The notes beneath the pieces were generated by a model. The model was not told the origin of the DNA. It did no database searches and was given only the letters and a program-made list of their open reading frames with translations. From the NCBI GenBank assembly GCA_964247055.1, contig OZ176054.1, positions 12,214,001 to 12,278,000 on the forward strand: DNA of 64,000 nucleotides, in the 5' to 3' direction. This stretch comes from Paragordius varius (Eukaryota > Animalia > Nematomorpha). Shown here piece after piece: positions 22,675 through 36,426 of this stretch (its first letter is position 1; every line of letters starts with the position of its first letter). Both the position numbers and the translations under genes were made by a program.

Positions 22675-24242
22675 GTTAATATTTAAATATAATTGATTAT
22701 TGTTTTTTTGTTTTGGTTTATGAGAAATATATTTTAATTACATAAATTTGCCATAATAATCAGATTTCAATTGGCAATATATTAATTTATTAGATGCTGA
22801 TAATGAAAAAATTTACAGTGTTTTTAAATTATTCTCTTATACAAAGGCAATATTTCTGGTGTTAATGTAATTTGTTTTTTGAAAGCAACTATAATTTTGG
22901 TTTTATGTTTCACTTTTATTTGGTTAATTGATTACCAATTTTTTATACATATTTGCTCACGTACATTTTAATAAGATTTTTCCTGTATTTACCATATACA
23001 GTATGCAGGCATTTTAATGGTTGCTTATTTCACGTACTATAGTAGGGGGCAATTCGCAACACAGGAATGTATGGTAAAAAGAAAGAAATAATTTTTTATT
23101 CAACATTTTATTCTTTTTTCCATACACTACTGTGTGTTGCAAATTGCCCCCTACTATAGTGTAATACAAGTAACCAGTAAAATCCATACTGTAAATAACC
23201 CCAATAATCAAAAAACATACTGTATAATATATTCTAATTCTGAAACAAAATATTTTTATCATATATACCATTTACAATATAAATTCACCGTTGAACAATT
23301 TACCCTAAAAATTAACTATGTGTTTTCGGGTTAATGTAACTTATTATCTATATGAAATATATCTCTATGGCTTAGTTTATTATATTTTAACTATTCTTTT
23401 AATTTTAAGCAAAATTTTATTTTTTATAAATATAAAAAAATATAGTTAATTTTCAATCTTAACGAAAACACATAATTTATTATTTTAGGGTAAACTTGAA
23501 TTCAACGGTGAATTTGAACTGTAAATGGGATATATATACATTTACACTTTAAGTTCACCTTAAAAGAATTTAAATTCATGAAAATTTAAATTCACGCTCG
23601 AACAATTCAAATTCACCCTAAAAGAATTGTGTTTTTTAAGAAATTACCTATATTTTTTTATATTTAAAAAAAAAGATAAAATTACGTTCAAAGTTAATGT
23701 TATACTGAAAAAATAAAAAACTATGCCATAAGAATATTATTTTATATTAATAATGAGTTATATTAGCTCGAAAACACATAAATTATTTTTAGAGTGAATT
23801 TGAATTGTTTAAGGGTAAACTTGAATTGTTCAAGGGTAAACTTGAATTGTTTGAGGGTGAATTTGAATTGTTCAAGGGTAAACTTAAATTGTTCAAGGGA
23901 AAAGCTGAATTATAAATGGTATATATATATATATATATATATAGATAAAGGACAAATGAGTTTCCACAAGCTAATTAGCAAACATAATAATATGGAAAAA
24001 ATGGATATAGGACCACAAATTCGAATAGTTTTTGTTTTTATACTTAATGGAAGAGCTGATAGACAAGTAGTACGTCAAATTAAAGCAATGTACAGTCCTA
24101 GGCATTACTATTTAATACACGTGGATGCGGTAATTATTTTACATATGTGTCTGGTTTTTGGATTAATATTTCTAATTGTTTTCGTGGAATTTTATATTTC
24201 TTTTTTACGGTTCTGTGCCTTTTTCTGCCCAAAAAAAGAGAT

Positions 24243-24273
<31 letters not shown>

Positions 24274-26332
24274 TTTTAGTAATCCGGACAAAAAAGGCTA
24301 AATTTTTCTAAAAAAAAGGAAAATTTATTCCTTTTAAAATTTAATTCTTTTTGGAATTAAGACAGTACTTTTTTAATATACCCTTAGAGACGTCAATATT
24401 TGTATCAAAGATTGATAGATGGTTTAAACCCCTTACCTCCTAACATACGTTTCACACCACAAAGGTTTAATAACATTTTTTTGTGACAAAAATAATGTTT
24501 TTCAATAAATAAGCACATTTTTTTACATTACTACGTGTATATTAGTGAATAAAAATTAAAAGACAAAACATTTTTTTAATTTTCATTTAGATTTATTCAT
24601 TAATTAATTTATCATTTATTTTATTTTCTTTCGTTACCATTTAGATTATTTAAATTATTTAAAATAACCAAATTTGCTAGGCGTAGAAACAAAACATAAA
24701 ACATAATATAATTTTTATGATTCAATATTCTAAGTTTTTTCATTTGTCGTTCGATGATAGATTTAAACCTATATGGGGTGGGACCTCTTTGCTCGAGGTT
24801 ATACTATATTGCCTTAATTTATTGCTTTATGAAGACGCGTATCTTTCAACACAATGGCGATGGGATTATTTCATAAATTTGAGTGAAAGTGATTTATTAA
24901 TTAGGTAAAATATTTATGGTTAGTTTTTATTTAAAACACTTTTTAAAATTACTCATTATTTTTAAAAGAAAGTTATAGATTTAATGGAAACGATACTTAA
25001 AAATTATAGCAGTTCAATAAAATTAACACGTTATATAAACTTTGGAATTTAAATTAAAAAAACTTTACATATTTCTCCATTCTAATCATATACAAAGTCT
25101 GGACTGAATAAACATTTTTCGGTTTTATACATTTTGTTTGACTACATAAAATTTTATATAACACATGTGACAAATATTTTTGTATTATTAGGCCCCTTGA
25201 AGCCTTATCTCAACTTTTAACGCGACACAATGGAACCAATTTCCTTAAAGCTCATCAAGAGTCAGATTCATCAAGGTTGTCAAATTCAAAACATATTTTA
25301 AATACATTTAAGTTGGTAAAATTAAAAGATAGATAGATATCCGGTAAATTTTGTAAGTTTTGAACAGATTTATTCCTAGCTTTATATAAAAATATTACTT
25401 AAAAATTATAAAGCAAAAACTAAAATATACCTTTTTTCTGGCTGAAAAATACAAAATTATAAGCGAAATCTGTCAAAAAAATGAAAGTTTTTTTCTTCTT
25501 CTATTAACACACCAAAACGGTTGTTTTTTAATACATTAGTTTAATACCATCCAAAATTGTTTAGGTGAATATATATTAATATATTCTGTTTATAATTTAA
25601 ATTCACCCTAAAAAATAAATTATTTGTTTTTGGGCTAATAGAACTCATCACTAATAAGAAATATATTTTTACGACATAGTTTATTATTTTTTCCGCATTA
25701 TATTAATTTTTTAACTTAATTTTATTTTTTTAAAAATATATGAAAATATAGACAATTTTTCATCTTAAAAAATCACATAATATATTTTAGGGTGAATTTG
25801 AATTGTTCAAGGGTGAATTTAAACTGTAAATGGTATATTTTGTTAACAATTAATTGTTTTATACTCTGTTACTATAATTTTATCGATAACTAGAAAATAA
25901 TAAAAAATTTATTAATTGATTCATGCAATTTACTAATATTCTTTTCCCGTTTATGGCGCATTTTTCCTAATTTTTAAATGACAAGAGACAAAATATTATG
26001 TGTGTGGTAATGAGAATTTGATCTATCACACTTTATGTTTTTTTTCATAAATATACCCTTAAACAATTCAAATTCTCCCTTGAACATAATTCAAATTCAC
26101 CCTTAAACATAATTCAAATTCATTCAATAAAATATTTTAAGATTAAAAATTGCCTCTATTTTTATATATGTTAAAAAATAAAAGTTTTGATAAAATAATA
26201 CTGAAAAAATAATAAACTATGCCATGAAGATATTATATTTCATATTAATAATGAGTTACATTAGTTTGAAAACAGATAATTTATCTTTAGGGTGAATAAG
26301 ATTTTGTTTAAGGGTGAAGTTGAACTGTAAAT

Positions 26333-26373
<41 letters not shown>

Positions 26374-29150
26374 GAACTCAAAAATAAAAAATTAATATAT
26401 ATCCATCCAAAATTATACATTTTTCTTTATATGTGTACTTACTAGCTGGCTTTTCACCACCCTTCATAATTTTTTTTTATGATAAATATTTTTTATTTCC
26501 GCGTGTTAGATTCATTGAAAAACAGGGTATTGAATACTTGTTTCATGAATGCGATGACCATTTATGGAGACTTGGAAAAAAACAGCTGATCTCGGGCATA
26601 GCCTTTGATGGTGCCTCAGATTGGCTCATTTTAACGCGGGAATTTAGTCGATTCCTTACGGCTGATGGGTTGAGTCGAAACCCATTTCGGTTATTACATT
26701 TTTTTTTACATTTTTTTGAATTTTTTTGGGATTATTTATCAATTTAAACTCGCTTAATTTTTTTTTGTAATGAGTTTTTTTTTTCACATAAAAACTTGTT
26801 GCAATACTTTAATTAACTCATGCCATGCTTCAGATTGGCTCATTTTAACGCGGGAATTTAGTCGGTTCCTTACGGCTGATGGGTTGAGTCGAAACCCATT
26901 TCGGTTATTACATTTTTTTGAATTTATTTGTAATGAGTTTTTTTTTTGTTTCATAAAAATCTCTTTTGTGCAATAATTTAATTAACTCATGCCATTGATT
27001 AGATACTAATAATATTCTGATTCTCCTAAATTAAAACTTACTGTTTGCGTCATTTAGCAATTTTATAGGGAAGAGGTGATTGTACAATTCTAAAAATATA
27101 TATTTTATCATAATTCCCCTTTTTATATAATATCTGCTAATTTTTTTTAGATAAAACATCATACGCGCGCAATATTAAAATTTATTGTTTTCTCCTATAT
27201 ATATAATAAAATAATTAGTTTAAATAAAAATTTCTTTTTTTCACAGATATCCAATTGAACGTTTAAATGTTAGCTTAAATCCACAATTCGTAAAGGAACG
27301 CAAGACTGAGTTTAGTATGGGCGATTTGGATATTGTGCAAAATTTAAAGCTGTTTTATTTTCAATCTCTATTACCTGCTGAAGTAATTTTTTCAACAAAA
27401 GTTTTCGATCTAAAAAATTATAATGGTTTTTTATGGTCCTTTAATTATGTTTTAAAAAACGAATAATGCCGCTTTGCGTTTTACATAAATATACTTTTTT
27501 ATATCAAAATGATATTTATATAAACTTAATTTGTCATATATTCTGACATTTTAAATCATTACGCAGCACGATTATTTTCAGCATACTATATTGTCTCTGA
27601 TTTTATCAATTTATATATACATCGACAATATTATATACTTTGATTTGTAATATCAACAAAAATATATCTTATTTATTATTATTAAGTCAAGATTATATAT
27701 ATATATATAAAACAGAACCTTTACTTAAAGCGTTAGTATATAAAAATTATCCAAGGTTTGAAATATTTTTTCCTTTTTCCTAACCTGATATCTAAAAAAC
27801 ATTTATCTTATATTCAAATACAGTAAAAATTGTTAAAAACAAAGGCAAAACATACAAAAATTATTATTATTAAGTCAAGATCATATATATATATATATAT
27901 AACAGAACCTTTATTTAAATCAATAGTATAATAATCAAGGATTGTTAAAAAAAATTTTTCCTAACCCGATATATATAAAAACATTATCTTGGATTCAAAT
28001 ACGTTATAAATTGTTAAAGACAAAGAGAGAAATACAAAAATTATTATTATTAAGTAAAGATTATATATACATATAAAACAGAACCTTTATTTAAAGCTTT
28101 ATCCATTTGTACTTCAAGAGTGTCCTTGAACATTTCAAGTTGGTCCTTGAACATTTCAAGTTGATTTTTGAACAGTTCAAGTTGGTCCTTGAACAGTTCA
28201 AGTTGGTCCTTGGTCAATTCAAGTTGGTCCTTGAACAATTTAAGTTGGTCCTTGAACATTTCAAGTTGGTCCTTTAAATTTTTAAATTTTGATTTAACCA
28301 TAATTTTTGCATTTATTTTTTTATTTTATTATTTATTAACCTAATTTTCTGTATTTATTATATATTTATTCATTTAAAAATAAAAAATTTTATTCACACT
28401 ATTTTTTTTCAACTGAACAAAATTATTAACTTTTAAATGTTTTTAATGAAAAATTGTAATTAATGACCCAGAAAACTTATTCAATTTTTCATTTCGTGTT
28501 AAAATCTTATAAATATCCAAAATTTTAAAAAATTAATAAAGATATACGGTTTCTCAAAGATTAAAAGTTGATATCGATTTGAAATTAATGTTAAATAATA
28601 GAAAATAGGTTAAAACAATAAAATATATGTATTATTTACGATTTGATTGATAAAAGTTAAAAACAAATCTTAACTGGGTCAAAGGACCCAGTTAAAATAT
28701 TCAAGGAACAACTTGGACTTTTTAAGAACCAACTTGAACTGTTCAAGGACCAAGTTGAAATGTTCAAGGACCAACTTGAAGTGTTCAAGGACACTCTTGA
28801 AGTGCAAATGATATATATATATATATAATTCAAGGCTTAAAATAATTTTTTCCTTTTTCCTTACCCGATATCTAAAAAACTATCTTGAATTCAAATACGT
28901 TATAAATTGTTAAATAGACAAAGACAAAACATACAAAAAATTTTTTTTATTAAAAACACAAATTTTTATCTTAATTGATCACACCTTAATATATCCTATT
29001 ATCTATCGTTTTGGGTTGTGAAATAAAAAGTATCATGTAAAATTAGTATTTCCACTTTGTTTTTATGTATTATACCCTTAAATTTTATCTTATTAAATAA
29101 TCTATCAACACAACACTGTTTAAACAGGAACTATATTTTATATATATGAA

Positions 29151-29185
<35 letters not shown>

Positions 29186-31450
29186 CTTTTTCCATACTCT
29201 ACTGTTAAATACAAAATTTTGTCAACAATTTGCGACAACCAATTTACACCATATAAAGTGGCGACGACCCTCGGGCTGTACATGTGAATACAAAAAATTT
29301 GTGGATTGGTGTGGTTGTAGCCCTCATAATTTCCGTATCGGTGATCAGAAACGTCTATTAAAGGTATATGTATAAATATATATTCCATTTACAGTTCAAA
29401 GATTCACCCCCTCGAACAAAATCAAAAATTCACTCTTGAACAATTCAAATTTACCCTTGAAATCAAATTGAAATTTACCCTTGTACAATTCGAATTCACC
29501 CTCTCGAACAAAATCAAAAATTCACCCTTGAACAATTCAAATTCAATAATCTATGTGTTTTCGAACTTATGTAACGCAACATTAATATGAAATATATCTT
29601 TATATGGCATAGTTTATTATTTTTTCAGTATTTTTATAAAATTTATAACAAATTATTTTAAAATATATAAATATAGGTAGTTTTTAAATCTTAACAAACA
29701 TATAATTTATTTGAGGGTGAATTTGAATTATGTTCAAGGGTGAATTTGAATAAATTATAAATATCAACTGTCAATGGTTGTTTTGCTTTTGTGTGAAAAA
29801 ATTCAAGATTGGTGGCATTAAAATATTTGCAGATAAAAAAATGGGGAAAATAATAAAATGTTTGATGTAAAGTGCCGAAAATTTAATTTTTTATTATATA
29901 AATTGTTGTCCAGTAAGTTATATTATGTTAGTTTGTTAAATTTAGAAAAAATTGTATGTAGAAAAAAAATATGGGACCATGCTATTTTAACATCTTTTTT
30001 ATTTAATAAAGGCTACTTAACTGTCTCACATTCCTAATGGATGTTTTAAAGCCATTATATTGGATTAAAACATATTTAAAGATAATTATTCTATTAATGC
30101 ATCCATTTTTTAAATTAAATTTGATGATAATGAACGTATATGTAATATTTATTGGATGAATTAAAAATTTTAAATTGTTGTTTTTTCAATAACCTTTATA
30201 AGGAAATATATAGATATTTTTCAAGAGAATTTTATATAGATTAGTTATTTCGAAAAATTTTATAATTTACTTAATAGTATTGCTACGCGTTTTTGCCTGC
30301 TCATTTTTGTCGTTTGAAAAATGATTTTTCAACTGAAATTTAAATTAATATTTCTTTCGCTGATAAAAAATTATATACGGATGAGTTATGTACGATATTA
30401 TCTTATATATAATTATGTTAAAAATTTAAACATTAAAAAGATGGCCTGAGATGGGAATTAAAGGAGAATTTTTACAATTTAAAACTTTATAATATTTATA
30501 AAATATTTTTATTATACATTATTTGGCTATTAGGAGATTTCTTCGGAAGAATATATTGCACGGAAATTTGAATCTCTCATAGACCAAAATATAGTTAAAG
30601 AGGTTGAAATTCAATTGTTTGGATCGAAATATGCTGGTATATTATTAACAAACTTAATATACCATATACAAATCAAATTCCCCCCCCCCCCCCCCTTGAA
30701 CAATATAAATTCACCCTAAAAATATATTATTATCTTTTCAACACAATTCATTATTAATATGAAATATATTTTTACGACATAGTATATTATTTTTTCCGCA
30801 TTATGTTAAATTTAAACAGAATTTCATATTTTAAAAATGTTAAAAAATAAAGGTAATATTTTTTCTTAAAAATTACATAAAGTGGAATTCAAATTGTTTG
30901 AGGGTGAATTTAATTTTTGGAGTTTTATTTCATGCGTTTTTTAAACATTTTTTGGATAGTTTGAAAGATGATTGATTCATAGAATTTGGATTAATAAGAA
31001 CACACTAAACAACTATTTATTAGTATTTTGGCTATATTTTTTTAAATATATATATACAACGCTTATTTTTAATTTATAATAATACGAGGTAAGTTGAATT
31101 GAATTGATTAAAACATCCTTGGAAGATTTAATTTTAACTGTTTTCGGGGTTTTACTAGATTTAAGTATGCGAAAATTATCGCAAAAGTTCAAATTTTTAG
31201 ATTCAAACCAAGTTATTATGTTGAAAACCTCAAATATAATCAAATCTATTTTGATAAATTTCGTCTTTATGTTTATGTAACGTCAAATTTTTTACCTTTT
31301 ATGCACATATTTGGATATTAATTAAACTTTTGTTTTTAAAAATATAGTTAAAATAAATAAAAATTTATATATATATATATATATATATATAAATTTGGTT
31401 TAGATAATATAGTTGTCTTTTATTAAATAAATATTGTCTGTTATACACAT

Positions 31451-31486
<36 letters not shown>

Positions 31487-32947
31487 TTAAATATTTTTAC
31501 TTTATAGTTTATATTCTAATTTTATTTTTTACGTTTGACAAAGATTATTACTTGTAGTAATCGAAATATTATATTAACCAAATTTATACAAATTTAGCTA
31601 AATTATTGTCTATTATGTATCTACAAATTTATAGATTTGGCATCGATTGATACATTTTGGTTTACCATTTACTCTGCCCTGGGTGATGATGATTTTGATT
31701 CCGATCTTTTCACCGTAGGCGGAAATAGGGTTAAAATGGCGTATGCCAATGTATTTCATCGCATTTTAAATTCAATCACACCAAAATTTTCTAATAAAGA
31801 CCAAAATCAAATGCCAAAATATGTTTCAAAAAGCCAAAGTAAAAGCCTGTCATCTAACTGCGCTATACGCAACCTTGAAACAATAATTATTACTTCTTAT
31901 AATTCATCTATCATTGATACACCAAATATAGTTATTGTGCAACAGGAATTGATTAAAGCCGATATCTTAAAGTAAGTTAGTTTGATTGCGAATTATTTTT
32001 AAATTTTGCGCAGATATAACTAACTTGGCTTTTAAAGTAAATTTGGATAAATCAAATATTTATTTCCACAATTTAAACAAATATTTAACTTTCTTTTGTC
32101 TTTTTATATCTTTTATAAATTATAATCAAAACAGTTATAAAGATGAATATCAGGGCCTAGTACTAACCTATCAAAATTGGTATATTTCACAAACAGCCAA
32201 TGAAACGATGGCCAAAGATTTTATGTTACATACATTGCAAAATGAAAATTGGAAAGATCTAACCACGTCTTCCGTTATAACTGAGAAATTACCCTTCTAT
32301 TTAACCGAACAATTTGTACAGTTTAAACCGTCTTTGCCAATCGACAATAAACTCATTCAAAATTGGGATATATTTAAACGTTTTGAGGTAGGTATGGATC
32401 ATTTTAATTCTTTAAATATTTTTTGAGTTTTTTATATATATACTGTCAAATCAATTGGGCGGAAAATAATTTTTCTAAGTTCACTTTTTTACCTCTTTAT
32501 CATGGATCGTACTGTGGCAAAAAAATATAGGCATAGATGCATTTTTAATTTTTAACCATTAAAATATTATTTTGACAGTTTATTTTTGGAATTCAAATTT
32601 TGAATTATATACATGTCATATTTGAGTGCGCGAAATAAGGGATAGTAATATAAATTAGGACATTTATTTTTGCCTCTCACAACTTAAAAATTGTTTTTTA
32701 TTACATACAAAATTTATTTATATTAGTCGTCGTTTTTCATGCATCTATAATTTAAATTTTTACTGTATATATAATTATTTCTACCATACAGATTGGTGAA
32801 CGTTGTGATTTTAAAGAAAATTTCTTCCGAAATTATGGGCACATGTTATCGACCCAATCTCAATTCCGAATTATGGCTGAATTTAAGGGTCATGCTTCAA
32901 CCCTTTTCCACGGACTTAATAGTAAGTCTTTTTTTCGTAAAAGTTGA

Positions 32948-32995
<48 letters not shown>

Positions 32996-35501
32996 CAATC
33001 TACCAAGATTTCGATGGAAAAATATTAGTTTTTTATTAATTTTAATTAGATGAAAACCAAAGGTTTTAATTAAATAGAAAGTCTATTAAAGCTACATTGG
33101 ATGTTTGAACTTTTTATTTCTTAAAGATAAATTGTTAAAATTTATAAGCCTTCTTAGATTTCTTCATATATTTTTTTATATGTCGAGAACTCCACCTCTT
33201 TTAGATTTTGAATATCAATTATTATCTAAAAAATTGAGTGTTCTCTTAAAAATGACCCTAGAACGCGAGTGCTAACTAATCCAAGCTCGTTTTTTAAAAT
33301 TTGGAAAGATTCATGCAGAATTTATTTTAAGAATTTCCAATTTTACTACGATTTAAATTTTGAAATTTTATATTTATTTTTTATTGTATTGGACAGACAT
33401 ATCTGTCATAAAGTTTGTATTATATATACACTCTGTGCAAAAAAATTTTAACAAAATAATTTTTTTTCATGAGATAGCCTATGACCAGCGTTTATTCGTT
33501 TGCCGTAAAAATTTTTATTTTTTTATGAGCTAATTAAATATTGAGAGAAAATTAAAAAGCAAAAGGTTAATTAAGCATAATTCAAAAAATAATGATAAAA
33601 GTTGAGATATTTTGGTTAATTATCATTTTAGGAGATAATATTAATATATAAATAGCCTAAAATCATATAGTTAAGGTTTCTATACTCACTCAAAAGATGG
33701 TGTTTTTCTTTTAACACACTTGTTTTATTAATATTCTAAATTTTAGTGAATAAAATCCATCTCGTGTATTGTTTAATCAATCCGTTGGGATATATGCAAC
33801 ACATATTGAATGCTACATATTTGGTTAAAACTAAGGTTCATGAAGACCCCATATCTGATTTCGATGAAAATGCCAATGAAATGGATAATTACGTGGAATT
33901 CATAAGGCCTCACAATGTCGTAGATCAGAAAGATCATAAAATTATACCAGGTAAGCGTTTTTTACACAATCTATTAATTTTTTAAAATAATTGTTTAATA
34001 TGCGAACATTTTTGCATGCTTTTAATATGATATTTTGACAAAAAACATTCATAACACTTTTTTAACCCAAATTGATAATTTTTCTGATCGAAGTAAGCAC
34101 CTATCCATGCTTGGAATTCAACACTTATATTATATTAATTAAAAATATTTTTTCATGAAATTTTGGATTTTTTATATATTTAATTTTGAAATTATTTTTA
34201 CGTTTAAATAAGCGTTGGTTTCGAATACAAATTATACTCCCAAAGAGAATTTACATCAAATATATAAACTTAAAAATGGGGGATACTAAAAAAATTAAAT
34301 TGAACCAAAGATTAAGGGACGATTCAACTTTTAAAATGCTAAAATATATTTTTTAATTAAGCGGTTCATAGAAATAAGTGTTGAATTGGATAAGTGTAGA
34401 ATATAATTGGAAAATGCTGAGTCAGATTGAAATAAAGTATATATATAAATCAAGTATAAATTTTAAGCTGCCTATAAACGTTAATTATTAATTATCAATG
34501 ACAAAATCTTATAATTATTATATGTATGTATATGTATGTATACAGGTGTATGGACAGTTTCTGTTATCCTTTGGGAAAATTTGACACTCCTACACCAACA
34601 ATCCATATATCTTTTCCCTTGGCCAGCATCATCCGCTATACCTACTATGAATCCGTTCCTAATACCAGCTATGCAAAACACTATTTTATCCAAAGAACAA
34701 AGTATACCCCAATTTGTGCAAACGACTTTCTTAGATCCCCTGCAAACGTTTGAGCCTAAGGGGGCTTTCGTAAATTGTACTCGGAATGATATTGACCTAT
34801 TGGCAAAAACTATTGGGGTTCCCGATCAATATGAAATGGGGTGGAAAACAATCGTTAATTCTGCGACTTTAAAACAATCCTCTACCATTATAAAAATGGC
34901 ACGAAATCCTAAATTCCGACCACCTTTTCTTAAAGAGACTACCCCCTCATCTAACCCATATGGAAATGAGAATATTGCCTTACTACAGTTCCTTAATCCA
35001 TTAACTATTAAATCGGTGGAAGATCGTAACACAGCAGTGTTACAAATGTTGCAACTTAATTCTTGGCAAACTTTAAGTCATTGGATTGATACGGGTATCC
35101 AAGAAATTTGGTCTGTTACACCAGGCTATAAAACTTTTTCCACTAATAATCATAAAAATAAGCATCCCATATTACCTGACCCCTGGGAAGGAAGGCAATC
35201 TCCTATATGCATAGTTCGACCTGAGAGCACCTATAACAATTATGACGCCAACGAAATTGACAAGAAAATTAGAATACGAAATTCAGCCATTCATAATTTA
35301 AGTTTAAAGGCTGTTTTACCCACCAACATGCACGATTTATTCCATCAATGTTATACAACTCAAACAAATGATTTAAATAGTCAAAAATCGCCATCTTACA
35401 TGTATTGCGATGAAACATACGATAGAAATTCTACGAATTATCCAGCATTTCCTTGGAGTTCTTATAGCTTAGATATGAAGAGTATTATAACGGCATTTTA
35501 G
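20780..35501 (+). CDS. XYLT: Peptide O-xylosyltransferase (XYLT/oxt/sqv-6) with WSC domain. 18 exons: 20780-20935, 21018-21219, 21291-21407, 22042-22166, 22508-22625, 23945-24129, 24388-24464, 24761-24904, 25192-25275, 26510-26668, 27247-27382, 29184-29363, 30534-30636, 31635-31971, 32135-32387, 32792-32921, 33747-33950, 34546-35501
   Basis: Type II signal anchor, WSC cysteines, GT14 motifs RIVFVFILNGRA, YLIHVD, IWGGTSLL, WDYFINLSESD, DGASDW, LLPAE-SFFHT, DWCGCSP, ARKFE, and C-terminal WSSYSLD. Phases consistent throughout. Confidence 0.93.
23268..23919. mobile_element. Two adjacent copies of MITE family A (23268-23528, 23539-23919)
   Basis: Same TIR, 21-bp repeats and core. The right end runs into (TA)n and then an XYLT acceptor. 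Confidence 0.88.
25560..26334. mobile_element. Two MITE family A copies (~25560-25833, ~26054-26334)
   Basis: Right TIR GAACTGTAAATGG-TA and shared core; left ends degraded. Confidence 0.8.
26613..26995 (+). repeat. Tandem duplication of the 3' end of an XYLT exon plus its donor
   Basis: cagattggctcattttaacgcgggaatttagtcg.ttccttacggctgatgggttgagtcgaaacccatttcgg occurs at ~26617 and ~26831. Confidence 0.92.
27671..28950 (+). repeat. ~180-190-bp tandem repeat interrupted by the family B element
   Basis: Units start at ~27671, 27861 and 28041. The third unit resumes after 28811. Confidence 0.8.
28103..28811. mobile_element. Foldback/MITE family B with 21-bp subterminal repeats
   Basis: TIR CCATTTGTACTTCAAGAGTGTCCTTGAAC / GTTCAAGGACACTCTTGAAGTGCAAATG. 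Repeat unit GGACCAACTTGAAATGTTCAA. A related remnant lies at ~62095-62180. Confidence 0.88.
29385..29750. mobile_element. MITE family A copy
   Basis: Starts CCATTTACAGTTCAAA about 20 nt after an XYLT donor; 21-bp repeats. Confidence 0.82.
30662..30910. mobile_element. Degenerate MITE family A copy
   Basis: CCATATACAAATCAAATTC start, shared core, GGGTGAATTT end. Confidence 0.72.
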
Positions 35502-36426
35502 CACAAAACACACCCAACCAATAAGCATTATATTATTGTCATCTGATTAGTTTTTATAAAACATATGCATACATTAGTCATCACAAAATTTGCTCACAAA
35601 AGTTAAACTTATCATGTAAAATGATATATACAGTAAAAAATTGAAATTATGCAGACAAAACGTAAATTTTAAGGAGAAATATTTTTTTCCAAAGCCACTT
35701 TTCTATTCTTTTTAGAGAAATTAAATATGGAAAAACATTTAAAAAATATGGTAGCCTTTAAAAAAATATTTGTCTCTTGGTTTCTACGTTGCGTCTGCAT
35801 AATTTAATTCTTAATTTATATATATATATAGTCAGGAAATTTTTTATTATTACTTTACATATACAGAATGCATTTTAATGGTTGCTTATTTTATACTGAA
35901 GTGGGGCGATTCACACAGGAGTATATGGAAAAAAGAGGAAATTGTTTATTCAACAATTTATTGTTTATCCCATACATTACTGTGTGTTGCAAATTGCCCT
36001 AACTATAGTGTGAAAATGCATACTCTATATATATATATATATATATGTTTTTGAGAATCAACCAAAAATATTTTATTACGACCAAATTTACCCAACATCG
36101 CCCATATGGCACGATTTGACCAAAATTTAAATGAAAAAAAAAATTATTTTATCTGCCCTGTGATTTTTTCCCGCTGATAAGCTTGAAATTAGCGGCTGGC
36201 CCACACAAAAAAATGCATCTTTTATTCTGTAAATTAATTATTTATTTTTGATTGATTGATTTAATTAATTATTGATTATTATGAAACTTGAATCAAATTG
36301 TAAATATAAATTTTAATTAGGATGAAACATTTATGGAAATTTATTTTTATATAGATTTATAACTATTATGTATATAAAACATGACAAATAAATTTTTAGT
36401 ACACCCCCTCAAAACTGAGTTTATAA

